Shown in pieces: positions 48,701-61,912 of a stretch of DNA of 64,000 nucleotides. Source of the stretch: an uncultured Pelagibacteraceae bacterium (GTDB taxonomy: Bacteria > Pseudomonadota > Alphaproteobacteria > Pelagibacterales > Pelagibacteraceae); contig CACOGC010000006.1 of the NCBI GenBank assembly GCA_902626645.1, positions 18,744 through 82,743 of the forward strand, written 5' to 3'. A model generated the notes under the pieces. The model did no database searches and was not told the origin of the DNA. It saw only the letters and a list, made by a program, of their open reading frames with translations. Both the position numbers and the translations under genes were made by a program. Positions within the stretch are counted from its first letter, which is position 1; each line of letters opens with the position of its first letter.

Positions 48701-49002
48701 CAAAAGGCACTGCAGAGTACATTCGAAAACATGGAATGAAATGTAAAATTATAAATAAAGTCAGCAGTGGAACACCTCACATAGTAGATATTTTAGATTC
48801 AAAAAGAATAGCACTTGTAATCAATACTGGTGGAGGAAATAGTGAACATCGAATAAACGATGCTATTGCACTCAGAAGAGCAACTTTAAAAAATAAAGTT
48901 CCATATTGTACAAATATGTCAACTGCTCAAGCATGTTTGGAGGCAATAAAATCTCTTAAAACAAAAAAACTTGATGTCATTGCACTGCAAGAACTCAAAT
49001 AA
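45775..49002 (+). CDS. carB: Carbamoyl-phosphate synthase large subunit
   Basis: 1075 aa with duplicated ATP-grasp halves ('[19 protein letters not shown]', '[17 protein letters not shown]') and a C-terminal MGS-like domain. 23-nt overlap with carA. Confidence 0.95.
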   Translation: MPRRKDIKKILVVGAGPIIIGQACEFDYSGTQACKALKDEGYKVILINSNPATIMTDPDVADKTYVEPITLDVLEKILKKEKLDAILPTMGGQTALNLAMEAEKKGILKKYKIELIGANSKAISNAEDRKKFRKNMKAIGLDLPKSEIVNNNNQATKVLKKIGLPAIIRPAFTLGGLGGGIAKTKKDYLKIVKNGLHESPVSQVLVEECLEGWKEFEMEVVRDKKDNCIIICSIENIDPMGIHTGDSVTVAPALTLTDKEYQVMRNASIACLRKIGVETGGSNVQFAINPKNGRMVIIEMNPRVSRSSALASKATGFPIAKVAAKLAVGYTLDELKNEITKITPASFEPSIDYVVTKIPRFTFEKFSSSPATLGTSMKSVGEAMAIGRNFKESLQKALISLETGFSGLDRIFNLSKRQIEKKLKENIPNKILLVAEGVRKKISLDRIFKLSKIDPWFLGQIKEIVDCEINLKKIGLPRNFTEFNRIKSIGFSDKKLSELTNLSEDVVRKKRIALKILPVYKKVDTCAAEFKSFTPYMYSTYQRNFSIVSECEAEPTSKKKIIILGGGPNRIGQGIEFDYCCCQASFSLKDAGFETIMVNCNPETVSTDYDTSDRLYFEPLKEEFVFNIIKKEQMNGNLIGIIAQFGGQTPIKLAKFLHQNKLPILGTQYSSIDLAEDRDRFRNLLNKLRLKQAKSGIAKTYKEAIKIADKIGLPLMVRPSYVLGGRAMEIVYEKGQLRNFIEEAFKAAEKNPILIDKFIDHAMEVDVDAISDGKEVYVAGIMQHIEEAGIHSGDSACSLPPISIKPFLVKEIENQTKKLALALKVKGFMNIQFAIKKDEIYVIEVNPRASRTVPFVSKAKGLPLAKIASRVMAGEKLLKFNLKEKSKGMYAVKEAVFPFNKFPNSDLLLGPEMKSTGEVMGFDKNFGMAFAKSQIAAANSLPKNGLAFISLKNSHKDEGIGLAKDLIKLNFKLSATKGTAEYIRKHGMKCKIINKVSSGTPHIVDILDSKRIALVINTGGGNSEHRINDAIALRRATLKNKVPYCTNMSTAQACLEAIKSLKTKKLDVIALQELK

Positions 49003-49107
49003 TATTACAATTAAAAGTTGTATAATTTTTTTTTCTTACGAATAATTGCCCAAAATGAATAATCGTTAGGTTGTATTCATCAAATTTATTTTTTAAAATT
49101 TATTCAT

Positions 49108-49368
49108 ATGAGTTCAGAAGTTCGTCAATATGTTATCGAAGACGCATCTAAAAAAAGTGAAATTTTTAGTGCTCAACTATTAAAACTTCCCATCAAAAAA
49201 AAAAATTTAAAATCAAAAACCACTAATCTAGATAAATTTACATATTGGAAACTTTATGACAAAACAAATATTCATGAAGATGGCGACCAGTTGAGAGCAG
49301 TAACAGGGATCTGTTTAGTATTGGGCGTATTTAGTGTTATTGGTTTATATTCGAGTTTATTAAATTAA
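49108..49368 (+). CDS. Hypothetical small tail-anchored membrane protein
   Basis: 86-aa ORF with a hydrophilic, Lys-rich N-terminal ~60 aa and a single C-terminal TM segment ('AVTGICLVLGVFSVIGLYSSLL'). I recognise no homology, so coding status is unproven. Confidence 0.3.
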   Translation: MSSEVRQYVIEDASKKSEIFSAQLLKLPIKKKNLKSKTTNLDKFTYWKLYDKTNIHEDGDQLRAVTGICLVLGVFSVIGLYSSLLN

Positions 49369-50031
49369 TTACTCAACTTTCCAATCAGTGGGGAAAGAGA
49401 CATAATTTACCTGAATACATCTTCTTTCCTTAATAATCTTCTTTTTTTCCATACCATGCCAAGTATTAGGTCCGCTAGTGAATAAATATCCATAATTATG
49501 TTTGTAAGGAACTGTTTTAACCTTTTCTAATTTTTCATTATAAAAATCAGTGCCTAGATCCTCAGACTCTTTTGCATTATTAACAAAAATTAAACCTGAC
49601 ATTAATTTTTCTTTAATATCGCAATGAGGTTTAAGCCAAAAACCTTCACGATCACATATAATTTCAACTCTAACATATGAATTAGATAAATCTTTATCAA
49701 TCATTTTTGAAATTGCATTACAAGTTTCCTTCGATTGAAGCTCTGTAATAAATTTTACCAAATTTGGAAATTGTGAAGCATTTTCTTTTGTAACAAAACA
49801 TCTAAACTTAATTGCTTTTCCCCCAGATGCTATTCCTTCTCTAAATTCCGCCGCACCACCATCGATAGCTCTTGTTCCATCATAATTAAGATTATGTTTA
49901 CTGATATCAGGGATGTCTGCATTTTCAATTTCTTTAATTGCTTCTTCGCTTAAGGCATTATTGTATTCCCAATGATTAAAAGGAGACTCATATTTTTTTG
50001 AGTTGTTTAAAATGGAATTAAGAAAAGTCAT
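49369..50031 (-). CDS. Putative 2OG-Fe(II) oxygenase-fold protein (HxD...H)
   Basis: 220 aa. The N-terminal 'PFNHWEYNNALSEE' resembles the start of prolyl-hydroxylase-like oxygenases. Candidate facial triad: 'KPHCD' (HxD) plus the distal 'TWHG', with a basic 'RRCIQVNY' strand. 14-nt overlap with the upstream ELM1-like gene. Confidence 0.4.
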   Translation of the reverse strand: MTFLNSILNNSKKYESPFNHWEYNNALSEEAIKEIENADIPDISKHNLNYDGTRAIDGGAAEFREGIASGGKAIKFRCFVTKENASQFPNLVKFITELQSKETCNAISKMIDKDLSNSYVRVEIICDREGFWLKPHCDIKEKLMSGLIFVNNAKESEDLGTDFYNEKLEKVKTVPYKHNYGYLFTSGPNTWHGMEKKKIIKERRCIQVNYVSFPTDWKVE

Positions 50032-50968
50032 AATTTTGAAATCTTTTTTCTATATAACCTGCTATTCTATCAGTTTCATTAAGTTTTTTATAAGCCCAAC
50101 TCTCAACAGAAGAATCTAGATTTCTTATAATATCTAAAGATTTGAACAATTCAAAAAATTTTTTGAAGCGATAATTGTTCTTAATTGCTGGCATATCAGC
50201 TACATATATAGGTTTACCTGTTATTGCAGCTTCAGATATCATTGAAGTTGAGTCACAAGTTACCACTATATGGTCCGCTAACTTAAGTGATGATAAATAA
50301 GCTTTTTTATCAACATCTGAAATAATGATTTGATCCCCATTATAAAAATCTTTAGCTTTATCAATAATCCTTTGAGGCGTTCTCATTGAAGGAATAAAAA
50401 TTAATTGGTAGCCATTATCAAGAAAATTTTTTTTGATTTTATGGAAAATTTCTTCAATAAAATTATCCTTAAAATTATAATATCTATTTGGACCACCAAC
50501 AACAAGTACAACTACTTTTTCTTTTTGAATTTTTGGTTTTAAATAATTTATATTATCATCTAATTCACTTTCTCGTAGATAGTGGATGGCCCCTTTAGTT
50601 GATAATACGTTTTCACCTTTTAGATCATCATGTTCTGGAGCAATAACAAAATCGAAATTATTTAAAGATACCTTCGGATCTTGGATATGAATATTCATGA
50701 TTTTATTTCCAAACTTTTTTTTTAAGAAAATTGAGGGAATTACACTTTTTCTGCCACAAGAGATTACAACATCAAACTTTTGCAAAATGTCATTTTTAAA
50801 AACAAACCTTTTAATTGGCGTGATTTTTGGGGGGATCATTTTCCAAAAATTATTAAGTTCAATTTTCTCGTGTATAAAATCTAAATCTAAAGCTTTAGCA
50901 AGTCCTTCAGTTTGGCTGATCATGCCGTGCATGCCCTCGGTCAATAATAAACCTTTTAATTTAGTCAT
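50018..50968 (-). CDS. ELM1 ('mitochondrial fission ELM1') / DUF1022-family protein, GT-B glycosyltransferase-like
   Basis: 316 aa. 'LLLTEGMHGMISQTEGLAKAL', 'DVVISCGRKSV', 'IQDPKV....FDFVIAPEHD.L.GENVL.T.GA.H' and 'TCDSTSMISEA...GKP' match the pattern of bacterial ELM1-family proteins as I remember them. Confidence 0.55.
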   Translation of the reverse strand: MTKLKGLLLTEGMHGMISQTEGLAKALDLDFIHEKIELNNFWKMIPPKITPIKRFVFKNDILQKFDVVISCGRKSVIPSIFLKKKFGNKIMNIHIQDPKVSLNNFDFVIAPEHDDLKGENVLSTKGAIHYLRESELDDNINYLKPKIQKEKVVVLVVGGPNRYYNFKDNFIEEIFHKIKKNFLDNGYQLIFIPSMRTPQRIIDKAKDFYNGDQIIISDVDKKAYLSSLKLADHIVVTCDSTSMISEAAITGKPIYVADMPAIKNNYRFKKFFELFKSLDIIRNLDSSVESWAYKKLNETDRIAGYIEKRFQNYDFS

Positions 50969-50989
50969 TAATCACTATATAGCTTTCAT

Positions 50990-51934
50990 ATGAATCAAAA
51001 TCCAACTAAACACACAAAAGTGTTAATAATTGGGTCTGGTCCAGCTGGATATACAGCAGCTGTTTATGCTGCAAGAGCAATGTTAAATCCAATTTTAGTT
51101 TATGGTTCAGAGCCAGGTGGACAATTAACTACAACAACAGATGTTGAAAATTTTCCAGGGTTTGCTGATGTTATTCAGGGTCCTTGGCTTATGGATCAAA
51201 TGAAAGAGCAGGCAAAAGCGGTTGGAACAGAAATGATTGAAGATCATATAAGTTCTGTCGATTTAAAAAAGACACCTTTTGAGGCTATCGGAGACACTGG
51301 TCAAAAATACACTTCTGATAGCATAATAATTTCAACAGGTGCACAAGCAAGATGGTTAAATTTAAAATCAGAACAAGAGTTCAGAGGTTTTGGAGTATCC
51401 GCATGTGCAACATGTGATGGTTTTTTCTTTAAAGACAAAGAAGTTGCAGTTGTTGGGGGAGGTAATGCAGCTGTTGAGGAAGCGATGTTTCTTACGAAAT
51501 TTGCATCAAAAGTAAAATTAATTCATAGAAGAGATAATTTAAGAGCTGAAAAAATGCTTCAAAAAAAACTTATGGAGAATAAAAAAATTGAAATTATTTG
51601 GGATAGTATTGTTGAAGACGTTATTGGTGATAAAGATCCAAAAAATGTTAAAGGAATTAAAATTAAGAATGTTAAAACAAATAAAATTGACGAAATTAAA
51701 TTAGATGGTGTCTTTATCGCAATTGGACATGATCCAGCTACACAATTATTTAAAAATCAATTAAGTATGGATAAAGAGGGGTATCTAATAACAAAACCAG
51801 ATTCAACTGAGACTAATATACCAGGCGTTTATGCGGCTGGAGATGTAAAAGATAAAACATTTAGACAAGCAGTAACCGCTGCTGGTATGGGTTGCATGGC
51901 AGCACTAGAAGCTGAAAAATTTTTATCACATTAA
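50990..51934 (+). CDS. trxB: Thioredoxin-disulfide reductase
   Basis: 'IIGSGPAGYTAA.YAARA', the redox-active 'CATCDGFFF', 'VVGGGN.A.EEA.FLT' and 'GVYAAGDV.D...RQA.TAAG.GCMAA'. Confidence 0.92.
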   Translation: MNQNPTKHTKVLIIGSGPAGYTAAVYAARAMLNPILVYGSEPGGQLTTTTDVENFPGFADVIQGPWLMDQMKEQAKAVGTEMIEDHISSVDLKKTPFEAIGDTGQKYTSDSIIISTGAQARWLNLKSEQEFRGFGVSACATCDGFFFKDKEVAVVGGGNAAVEEAMFLTKFASKVKLIHRRDNLRAEKMLQKKLMENKKIEIIWDSIVEDVIGDKDPKNVKGIKIKNVKTNKIDEIKLDGVFIAIGHDPATQLFKNQLSMDKEGYLITKPDSTETNIPGVYAAGDVKDKTFRQAVTAAGMGCMAALEAEKFLSH

Positions 51935-51935
51935 A

Positions 51936-52883
51936 GTGAAAAATAACCTTCATGTATTTTTAGGAGCAACAGTTGCTGACGCAGCTGCAAGACCATTGCA
52001 TTGGGTATACAATCAAAAAAAACTTAATTCCTATATTAAAGGTAAAAAAGACTTTACTTTTTTAAAAAAAAATAAAAGTCCTTTCTACAATATAAAAACT
52101 GGGAAAGTATCAGGTTATAATGAAATTGGACAAGTTATGTTTCAAACACTTCTAAAAAATTATGAAGATATAGAGAAAGAATTTAAAAAAAATATTCTGA
52201 AAAATTTTGGTCCTGGAAGCATATATTGGAAAAATTTAAATCTAAGATCAAAATATAAAAAAGTAAAAGATTGGCGTGGTATGATCAAAGGACCATGGAT
52301 ACACCAAAATATTATAGAAACTGTAAACAATATTAAATCAAATAAGAAAATTTCAGGTGGAGTAAAAGTTAATGAATCTGATGGTTTTTGTGCTGCACTT
52401 CCATACTTTCTTTATGGTTATGATTTCAAAAGTCTAGAAAAAATCATAAAAATTGTGACTGCTTCAAAAATTAGTTTAAAATATGCCTTAGCTAAATTTT
52501 ATATAATTGATTTTGCTCTTAAAGGAGCGAAAGATCCAATTAATGAATTTATTAAAAAATTTAAAAAAAACAAATCATTTAAAGTTATTGTTAATGATAT
52601 TAAAAAAATAAAAAGATTAAATTCAAAATTTCATCCTATCACTATTAAAAAGCTCGGCATGGCATGTAGTTATCCAGGAACTTTTAATAGTTCAATATAT
52701 ACAATAATTAATTCAAGAAATTATAAAGAAGCTATATTAAAAACAATCAAGGCAGGTGGTTGCAATTGCTCTAGAGCAAATTTTACTGGAGCATACTTTG
52801 CTGCATTAAAAGGGTTAAATTCAATTCCGAATTCTTGGATAAGAAAAACAATTCCAGCAAAAAAGATTTTAAGTCAAAAATAA
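51936..52883 (+). CDS. ADP-ribosylglycohydrolase-fold-like protein with substituted metal-binding motifs
   Basis: 315 aa with a GTG start 1 nt after the trxB stop. N-terminal 'FLGATVADAAARPLHW' versus the family pattern 'G...GDA.G.P.E'. C-terminal 'IKAGGCNCSRANFTGAYFAALKGLNSIPNSW' versus 'GGDTDT.....GA..GA..G...IP..W'. Confidence 0.35.
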   Translation: MKNNLHVFLGATVADAAARPLHWVYNQKKLNSYIKGKKDFTFLKKNKSPFYNIKTGKVSGYNEIGQVMFQTLLKNYEDIEKEFKKNILKNFGPGSIYWKNLNLRSKYKKVKDWRGMIKGPWIHQNIIETVNNIKSNKKISGGVKVNESDGFCAALPYFLYGYDFKSLEKIIKIVTASKISLKYALAKFYIIDFALKGAKDPINEFIKKFKKNKSFKVIVNDIKKIKRLNSKFHPITIKKLGMACSYPGTFNSSIYTIINSRNYKEAILKTIKAGGCNCSRANFTGAYFAALKGLNSIPNSWIRKTIPAKKILSQK

Positions 52884-56266
<3,383 letters not shown>

Positions 56267-56285
<19 letters not shown>

Positions 56286-57022
56286 TAATCACTGGCGGAG
56301 CAACTAGAATTGGGGCTGCTATAGCTGAAAAATTATCAGGACCAAATAAACAAATTATAATTCATTACAATAAATCAAAAGCAAAAGCTGAAAATTTAAA
56401 AAAGAAACTTAAAAATTATGGGTCTAAAATTTATTTGGTAAAAGGAAATCTTAGTAAAGAAAAAGATGTTATGAAAATTATAAAGTTTGCTAAATCAAAA
56501 CTAAAATATTTTGATTGTCTAATTAACAATGCATCTTTATTCGAAAATGATAAACTAGAAAACTTTAGTTCAAAAAGTTGGGAAAATCATATTTCAACAA
56601 ATCTTAAAGCCCCTGCCCTTTTATCAAAAGAATTCTCAAAAAATATCAGGGGGAAAAATAACAATATTATTAACATTATTGATCAACGAGTATTTAAATT
56701 AACTCCATTTTTTTTTTCATACACAATAAGTAAAACCGGACTTTATACTCTTACAAAAACTAGTGCTATGAGTTTAGCACCTAATATAAGGGTAAACGGC
56801 ATAGCACCAGGACCAACAATTAAAAATAAAAGACAATCCAAAAAACACTTTAAAAATCAATATTTAGCAACACCTCTCAAAAAACAAGTTGATGTAAAAG
56901 AGATTTGTGATGCAGTTGACTTTTTTATTAAAAACAGCTCTATTACTGGTCAAATAGTAGCTATAGATAGTGGTCAAAGTTTAAACTGGCAAACACCAGA
57001 CATAATGAGAGGTAAAGAGTGA
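56267..57022 (+). CDS. Short-chain dehydrogenase/reductase, pteridine-reductase/FolM-like
   Basis: '[13 protein letters not shown]', 'NNAS' and 'YTISK' (YxxxK). 4-nt overlap with the following folB-like gene suggests a pterin-related role; this is inferred from context. Confidence 0.6.
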
Positions 57023-57444
57023 AAAAAAATAATCTTAAAATTGTAAAAATTGATAAGTCCAAAAGCTTATTTAATTATGAGAAAAAAATTCTAATTAATG
57101 AATTAATTTTAGATTTAAAACTTGGATACTATGATTTTGAGAGAGAAAAATCTCAAAAAGTAAAATTTAGTCTAGAAATAGATTATCAAGACAAAAAGCC
57201 CTCAAATGACAAAGATTTAAAATCAATTGTGAATTATGGTACAATCGTAAAATTGATTAAGAAACTTGTTAAAAAAAGGCATTATAATTTTTTAGAAACT
57301 TTAGCGGAAGCAGTTTTTGATGAATTATTTAAAGATAAAAGAATTGCAAAAATTTTGCTTAAAATTGAAAAATTAGAGATTTTAAAAGATTGCTCATCTG
57401 TTGGAATACAAATTTCTAAAATAAGAAGCCATGCTAAGTCCTGA
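57019..57444 (+). CDS. folB: Dihydroneopterin aldolase-like (FolB family)
   Basis: 141 aa with 'L.L.LG....E....Q.V.F.LE', 'D......VNYG' and 'F.LLE.LAE...D'. GTG start. Confidence 0.6.
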   Translation: MKKNNLKIVKIDKSKSLFNYEKKILINELILDLKLGYYDFEREKSQKVKFSLEIDYQDKKPSNDKDLKSIVNYGTIVKLIKKLVKKRHYNFLETLAEAVFDELFKDKRIAKILLKIEKLEILKDCSSVGIQISKIRSHAKS

Positions 57445-59266
57445 AATTGGAAAAGAAGTAATTAAAAAAGAATTATCTTTAATTCCTAAACTACCTGGTG
57501 TTTATAGAATGTTAAATTCTAAAAATGAAATTTTATATGTTGGAAAAGCCAAAAACCTTCCAAATAGATTAAAAAGTTATGTTTCTGAAAAAAATCACAT
57601 TATTAGAACTGAAAGAATGCTTTCTCAAACAGTTAGATTGGAAATTACAACAACCACAAATGAAAGCGAGGCGTTACTTTTAGAAGCTAATCTAATCAAA
57701 AAACATAAGCCCAAATTTAATATACTACTTAAAGATGATAAATCCTTTCCATACATCTTTATCTCTAAACATGAATTTCCACGCATCGAAAGACACAGAG
57801 GGGCTAAGAATAAACCTGGAAAATATTACGGACCATTTGCAAGTTCTCTTGCAGTTAATAGTGCAATTAAAACTCTCCAAAGAATTTTTTTAATTAGATC
57901 TTGTACAGATAAGCAAGTTGAAGCAGGTAATAAGACTTGTTTTAATTATTTTTTAAAAAGATGTGCTGGTCCTTGTGGAGGTAAAATCAATAAAGAAGAT
58001 TATTCAAAACTTGTGGAAGCAGCTGATGAATTTTTAAGCAAAGGTAGATCACGAAAAATTCAACAAACTCTCTCAAGTCAAATGGAAAATGCAAGCGAAG
58101 AATTAGATTTTGAAAAAGCAGCTATAGTGAGAGATAAAATCAAATCTTTAAATATAATACAATCTTCTTTAACTATAAGTGATATAAATCTAACTGAAGC
58201 AGATGTGATAGCTGGCTACAAAGAGTCTGGAAAAACTTGTATTCAAGTATTTTTTTATAGATCTAAACAAAATTGGGGAAATCAAGCTTTTTTTCCAAAA
58301 CATGACCCTGATGAAAAATTAAATAATATTTTAAATTCATTTGTATCTCAATTTTATGAAAATAAAGCAGTGCCAAGATCAATTATAATTAGCGAAGAAA
58401 TTAAAGAAAAAAAATTAATAGAACAAACCTTATCAAAAAAAGAGAATAAACAAGTAAATATTTCTATTGCTAAAAAAGGTTCAAAATTAAAAGTAATAAA
58501 CTTAGCGATTAAAAATGCCAAGAATAGCTTAAATAGAAATCTTTACGAAAATCAAAATAATAGAAAATTACTAGATGAGATTGCTAAAAAATTTAATATT
58601 GAAAATACTATAAGTCTAATCGAAGTTTACGATAATAGTCATATTCAAGGTACAAATAGTGTTGGAGCTTTGATTACTTATGGAGATGAAGGTTTTGTAA
58701 AAAAGAGATATAGAAAATTTAATATTAAAAATGAAAATTTTAAACAAGATGATTATGGTATGATTAGAGAGGTTTTGGGAAGAAGATTTAAAAGAGCTAT
58801 TCAAGAAAAAGGTAATTATTTAAGTTTTCCAGATCTTGTGTTGATTGATGGCGGTAAAGGACAATACTCATCCGCTAGAGAAACACTAAATGAGCTTGGA
58901 TTAAATGAAATCCCAGTTGTAGCTATTGCTAAGGGTAAATTTAGAAATAGTGGTAATGAGACTTTCTTTCATAATGGAAGGGAGTATAAATTTATGAAAA
59001 ATGACCCCACTCTATTTTTTCTACAAAGAATACGTGATGAGGCACATAGATTTGCAATAAGTGCACATAGAGCAAAAAGAAAAAAAGGTATTTCTAAATC
59101 TATGCTAGATCAAATTGAAGGAATAGGAGCAATCAGAAAAAGAGCGTTATTGAACCATTTTGGGTCTGCAAAAGCTGTGGAATCTGCTAGCCTCGATGAG
59201 ATTAAATCAGTTGAAGGTGTGGAAACAAAAGTTGCAAAAAAAATATATAATTTCTTTCACGAGTAA
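57431..59266 (+). CDS. uvrC: Excinuclease ABC subunit C
   Basis: GIY-YIG 'PGVYRM.N....[13 protein letters not shown]', UVR domain 'LDFEKAA..RD.I', an endonuclease V-like domain and a C-terminal (HhH)2 'IEGIG......LL..FGS'. Confidence 0.9.
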   Translation: MLSPEIGKEVIKKELSLIPKLPGVYRMLNSKNEILYVGKAKNLPNRLKSYVSEKNHIIRTERMLSQTVRLEITTTTNESEALLLEANLIKKHKPKFNILLKDDKSFPYIFISKHEFPRIERHRGAKNKPGKYYGPFASSLAVNSAIKTLQRIFLIRSCTDKQVEAGNKTCFNYFLKRCAGPCGGKINKEDYSKLVEAADEFLSKGRSRKIQQTLSSQMENASEELDFEKAAIVRDKIKSLNIIQSSLTISDINLTEADVIAGYKESGKTCIQVFFYRSKQNWGNQAFFPKHDPDEKLNNILNSFVSQFYENKAVPRSIIISEEIKEKKLIEQTLSKKENKQVNISIAKKGSKLKVINLAIKNAKNSLNRNLYENQNNRKLLDEIAKKFNIENTISLIEVYDNSHIQGTNSVGALITYGDEGFVKKRYRKFNIKNENFKQDDYGMIREVLGRRFKRAIQEKGNYLSFPDLVLIDGGKGQYSSARETLNELGLNEIPVVAIAKGKFRNSGNETFFHNGREYKFMKNDPTLFFLQRIRDEAHRFAISAHRAKRKKGISKSMLDQIEGIGAIRKRALLNHFGSAKAVESASLDEIKSVEGVETKVAKKIYNFFHE

Positions 59267-59271
59267 AAATT

Positions 59272-59856
59272 ATGCTTAGAAAAATACCCAACATATTAAC
59301 TGTCGGTAGAATTTTAATTGTACCCTTTTTTGTTTTAGCTTTCTACTTACCTGGATTTTATGGAGATCTAACTGCTTTAGTATTGTTCATAATTGCGTCG
59401 TTTACAGATTTTTTAGATGGAATGTTGGCTAGACTACTTGGAGAAGAGTCTAAATTAGGAGAGTTATTAGATCCAATAGCAGATAAAATTATTGTTGCTG
59501 CAGCACTAATTTTATTAGTTATGGATGGCACAATTAAAAATTATGAGGTTATTGCTGCAATTATAATTTTAACAAGAGAAATATTAATATCTGGTCTTAG
59601 GGAATTTTTAGCAAAAGGTAAGATTAAACTTCCTGTCTCTAATCTAGCAAAGCTAAAAACAGTTTTACAAATGGTCTCAATTGGTCTTTTGCTTTCTGGA
59701 GATACGGGAAATAAAATTATTAATTTTCAAGATTATAATGCTCAAACAATCGGTATAATTTTATTATGGCTATCAGCAGCTTTGACTTTATTCACAGGGT
59801 ATGAGTATATACGTAAAGGAATAGACCACGCTATATCAGAAGATAGTAAAGATTAG
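59272..59856 (+). CDS. pgsA: CDP-diacylglycerol--glycerol-3-phosphate 3-phosphatidyltransferase
   Basis: CDP-alcohol phosphatidyltransferase motif 'DFLDGMLAR.......G..LDPIADK' with multiple TM segments. The uvrC-pgsA linkage is conserved in many proteobacteria. Confidence 0.85.
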   Translation: MLRKIPNILTVGRILIVPFFVLAFYLPGFYGDLTALVLFIIASFTDFLDGMLARLLGEESKLGELLDPIADKIIVAAALILLVMDGTIKNYEVIAAIIILTREILISGLREFLAKGKIKLPVSNLAKLKTVLQMVSIGLLLSGDTGNKIINFQDYNAQTIGIILLWLSAALTLFTGYEYIRKGIDHAISEDSKD

Positions 59857-60734
59857 GCAGCCTTTTTCTTTTTAACCAAAGCTAAGTAGCTCTCATTTAA
59901 ATCAATTATCAAATCGCAAACTTTAAATTGATAATTTGCAATAGTAGATACAGGGGTTACTTCAGCTGCAGTGCCTGTTAAAAAACATCCAACAAAATCT
60001 TTTAATTCTTCTGGTTTTATTTTTCTCTCATGTACTTTAATATTTTTAGATTTTGCAATTTGAATTACAGTTCTTCGAGTAATTCCATCTAAAAAAGAAT
60101 CTGGTATTGGAGTGTGTAGCTCACCATTTTTATCTTTGAAAAAAATATTTGCTCCAGTTGCTTCTGCAATATTATCCTCGTGATCTAACATAAGTGAGTC
60201 TGTATAACCTTGTTTTTCTGCTTCGTGTTTTGAAAGGGTGCAAATCATATACAATCCAGAGGCTTTTGTGTCCCAAGGAATAGTATTAGGGGCGGGTCTT
60301 CGCCAGTTTGAAATATTTAATTTGATACCTTCAACTTTAAGTTTAGGATCAAAATATGAACCCCACTCCCAAGTTGCAATTGCTACATGAATTTTAGTTT
60401 GCTGAGCTGAAATAGCCATCATTTCACTACCTCTCCAAACTACGGGTCTAACATATCCATTCTCTACTTTTTGAGTAGAGATTATTTTATTGCTCGCTTT
60501 ATTAATTTCATCTTCGCTATATGGTATTTCAATTCCCATTCTCTTTGCGGAGTAAAATAATCTGGAAGTATGTTCTTCTAATTTAAAAATTGAACCATCA
60601 TACACACGTTCTCCCTCGAAAACACAGCTCGCATAATGTAATCCATGGCTCAGAACATGAACCTTAACATCAGACCAATCGACTAACTCGCCATTGTACC
60701 ATATTTTACCTGATCTTTTATCGTAGGGTATCAT
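59853..60734 (-). CDS. ilvE: Branched-chain amino acid aminotransferase (class IV PLP fold)
   Basis: 'HGLHYAS.VFEG.R.Y', 'Y.RP', 'E.TG.NIFF' and 'LDGITR..V'. Convergent 4-nt overlap with pgsA. Confidence 0.85.
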   Translation of the reverse strand: MIPYDKRSGKIWYNGELVDWSDVKVHVLSHGLHYASCVFEGERVYDGSIFKLEEHTSRLFYSAKRMGIEIPYSEDEINKASNKIISTQKVENGYVRPVVWRGSEMMAISAQQTKIHVAIATWEWGSYFDPKLKVEGIKLNISNWRRPAPNTIPWDTKASGLYMICTLSKHEAEKQGYTDSLMLDHEDNIAEATGANIFFKDKNGELHTPIPDSFLDGITRRTVIQIAKSKNIKVHERKIKPEELKDFVGCFLTGTAAEVTPVSTIANYQFKVCDLIIDLNESYLALVKKKKAA

Positions 60735-60804
60735 TATGAAATAAAAAAATTCTTACTGAAAAAATATCTTTGTATCTGTAATATGTCAATATAACTTACC
60801 AATA

Positions 60805-61242
60805 ATGAAACAACTTTTATATTTGAAAGATGATCAATTAAAAGATTTAATCGAAAAGCTTTTTATAGGCTACAGAGAAACATTTTCAGACTCAAAAAAG
60901 ATATTAAATAAGTATAAAATTGGCCTAGCACACCAAAAAGTTATTCATTTGTTATCCATGTATGAAGGGATCACTATTTCAGAATTGCTAAAAAGACTTA
61001 AAGTAACTAAGCAAAGCCTTAATAGGGTTTTAAAAGATCTAATTAAACTAGACATAATAATTTTTAAAAAAGATGAGCAAGATACAAGATTAAAACATGT
61101 ATTTCTTAATGATAAAGGAAAAAAAATATTTAATGAAATTTTTGAAATTCAAAAAAAAAGAATTCATAGCGCGTTACTTAACTCAAGCTCAGAAGAGGTT
61201 ATTAACTTTGATAACGTTTTAAAAAAAATAATTAATGGATAA
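60805..61242 (+). CDS. MarR-family transcriptional regulator
   Basis: 145 aa with a winged helix 'GITISELLKRLKVTKQSLNRVLKDLIK...I......QD.R.K.V.L...G'. Confidence 0.7.
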   Translation: MKQLLYLKDDQLKDLIEKLFIGYRETFSDSKKILNKYKIGLAHQKVIHLLSMYEGITISELLKRLKVTKQSLNRVLKDLIKLDIIIFKKDEQDTRLKHVFLNDKGKKIFNEIFEIQKKRIHSALLNSSSEEVINFDNVLKKIING

Positions 61243-61912
61243 TTTTGTAGCTCATATTTTAGTTGTTGATGATGATGAAGGTATCAGAACTCTTGTTAAA
61301 AAATATTTAAATGAAAATAATTACCTTGTTACAACTGCAAATAGCGCAGAAGATGCTTTTGAAAAAATACAAATAATCAAATTTGACCTTATCATACTAG
61401 ATATTATGATGCCTGGTAAAAGTGGCTTAGAGTTTATTAAAGAAAATCAAAAAAAACTGGATACACCTGTAATTTTATTAACTGCCAAAGGTGAGGCAGA
61501 TGAAAGGGTTGAGGGTTTAGAAGTTGGCGCTGATGACTATCTTCCAAAACCTTTCGAGCCTAAAGAGTTACTATTGAGAATTCAAAATATAATTCGTAAA
61601 ACAAAAAAAAGTGATCAAAAACGTGTAATACAATTTGAAAATATTAAAATTGATTTGAATAAACAACTAATTATCAAGAAAAATACAGAATACAAAATTA
61701 ACAACACAGAGAAAAAAATTTTAGAAAAAATGATTAATAATCCTGGTAAGACTTTTTCACGTGAAGATATTGGTATTCTTACTGAGCTTGATAAAGAGAG
61801 ATCAATAGATGTTATAATTACAAGACTTAGAAAAAAAATTGAAATTGATCCAAAAAATCCTAAGTTTTTACAAACAATAAGAGGAGCTGGATATGTTCTA
61901 TGGATTGAGTAA
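61235..61912 (+). CDS. OmpR/PhoB-family response regulator
   Basis: Receiver domain 'ILVVDDDE', 'DLIILDIMMPG..G', 'LTAKG' and 'GADDYL.KPF...EL'. Winged-helix output 'LT..E..IL..M......FSRE' and 'R..DV.I.RLRKKIE.DP..P...QT.RG.GY'. Confidence 0.85.
   Translation: MDNFVAHILVVDDDEGIRTLVKKYLNENNYLVTTANSAEDAFEKIQIIKFDLIILDIMMPGKSGLEFIKENQKKLDTPVILLTAKGEADERVEGLEVGADDYLPKPFEPKELLLRIQNIIRKTKKSDQKRVIQFENIKIDLNKQLIIKKNTEYKINNTEKKILEKMINNPGKTFSREDIGILTELDKERSIDVIITRLRKKIEIDPKNPKFLQTIRGAGYVLWIE

Noticed and set aside
49055-49080. Inverted repeat ATGAATA-N12-TATTCAT after carB (and the weaker TACAA/TTGTA at about 49008-49024) as a carB terminator.
   Set aside because: The stems are short (5-7 bp) and entirely A/T-rich, with a large loop. 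Predicted stability is marginal and such pairs arise by chance in this composition, so this is not reported as a feature.
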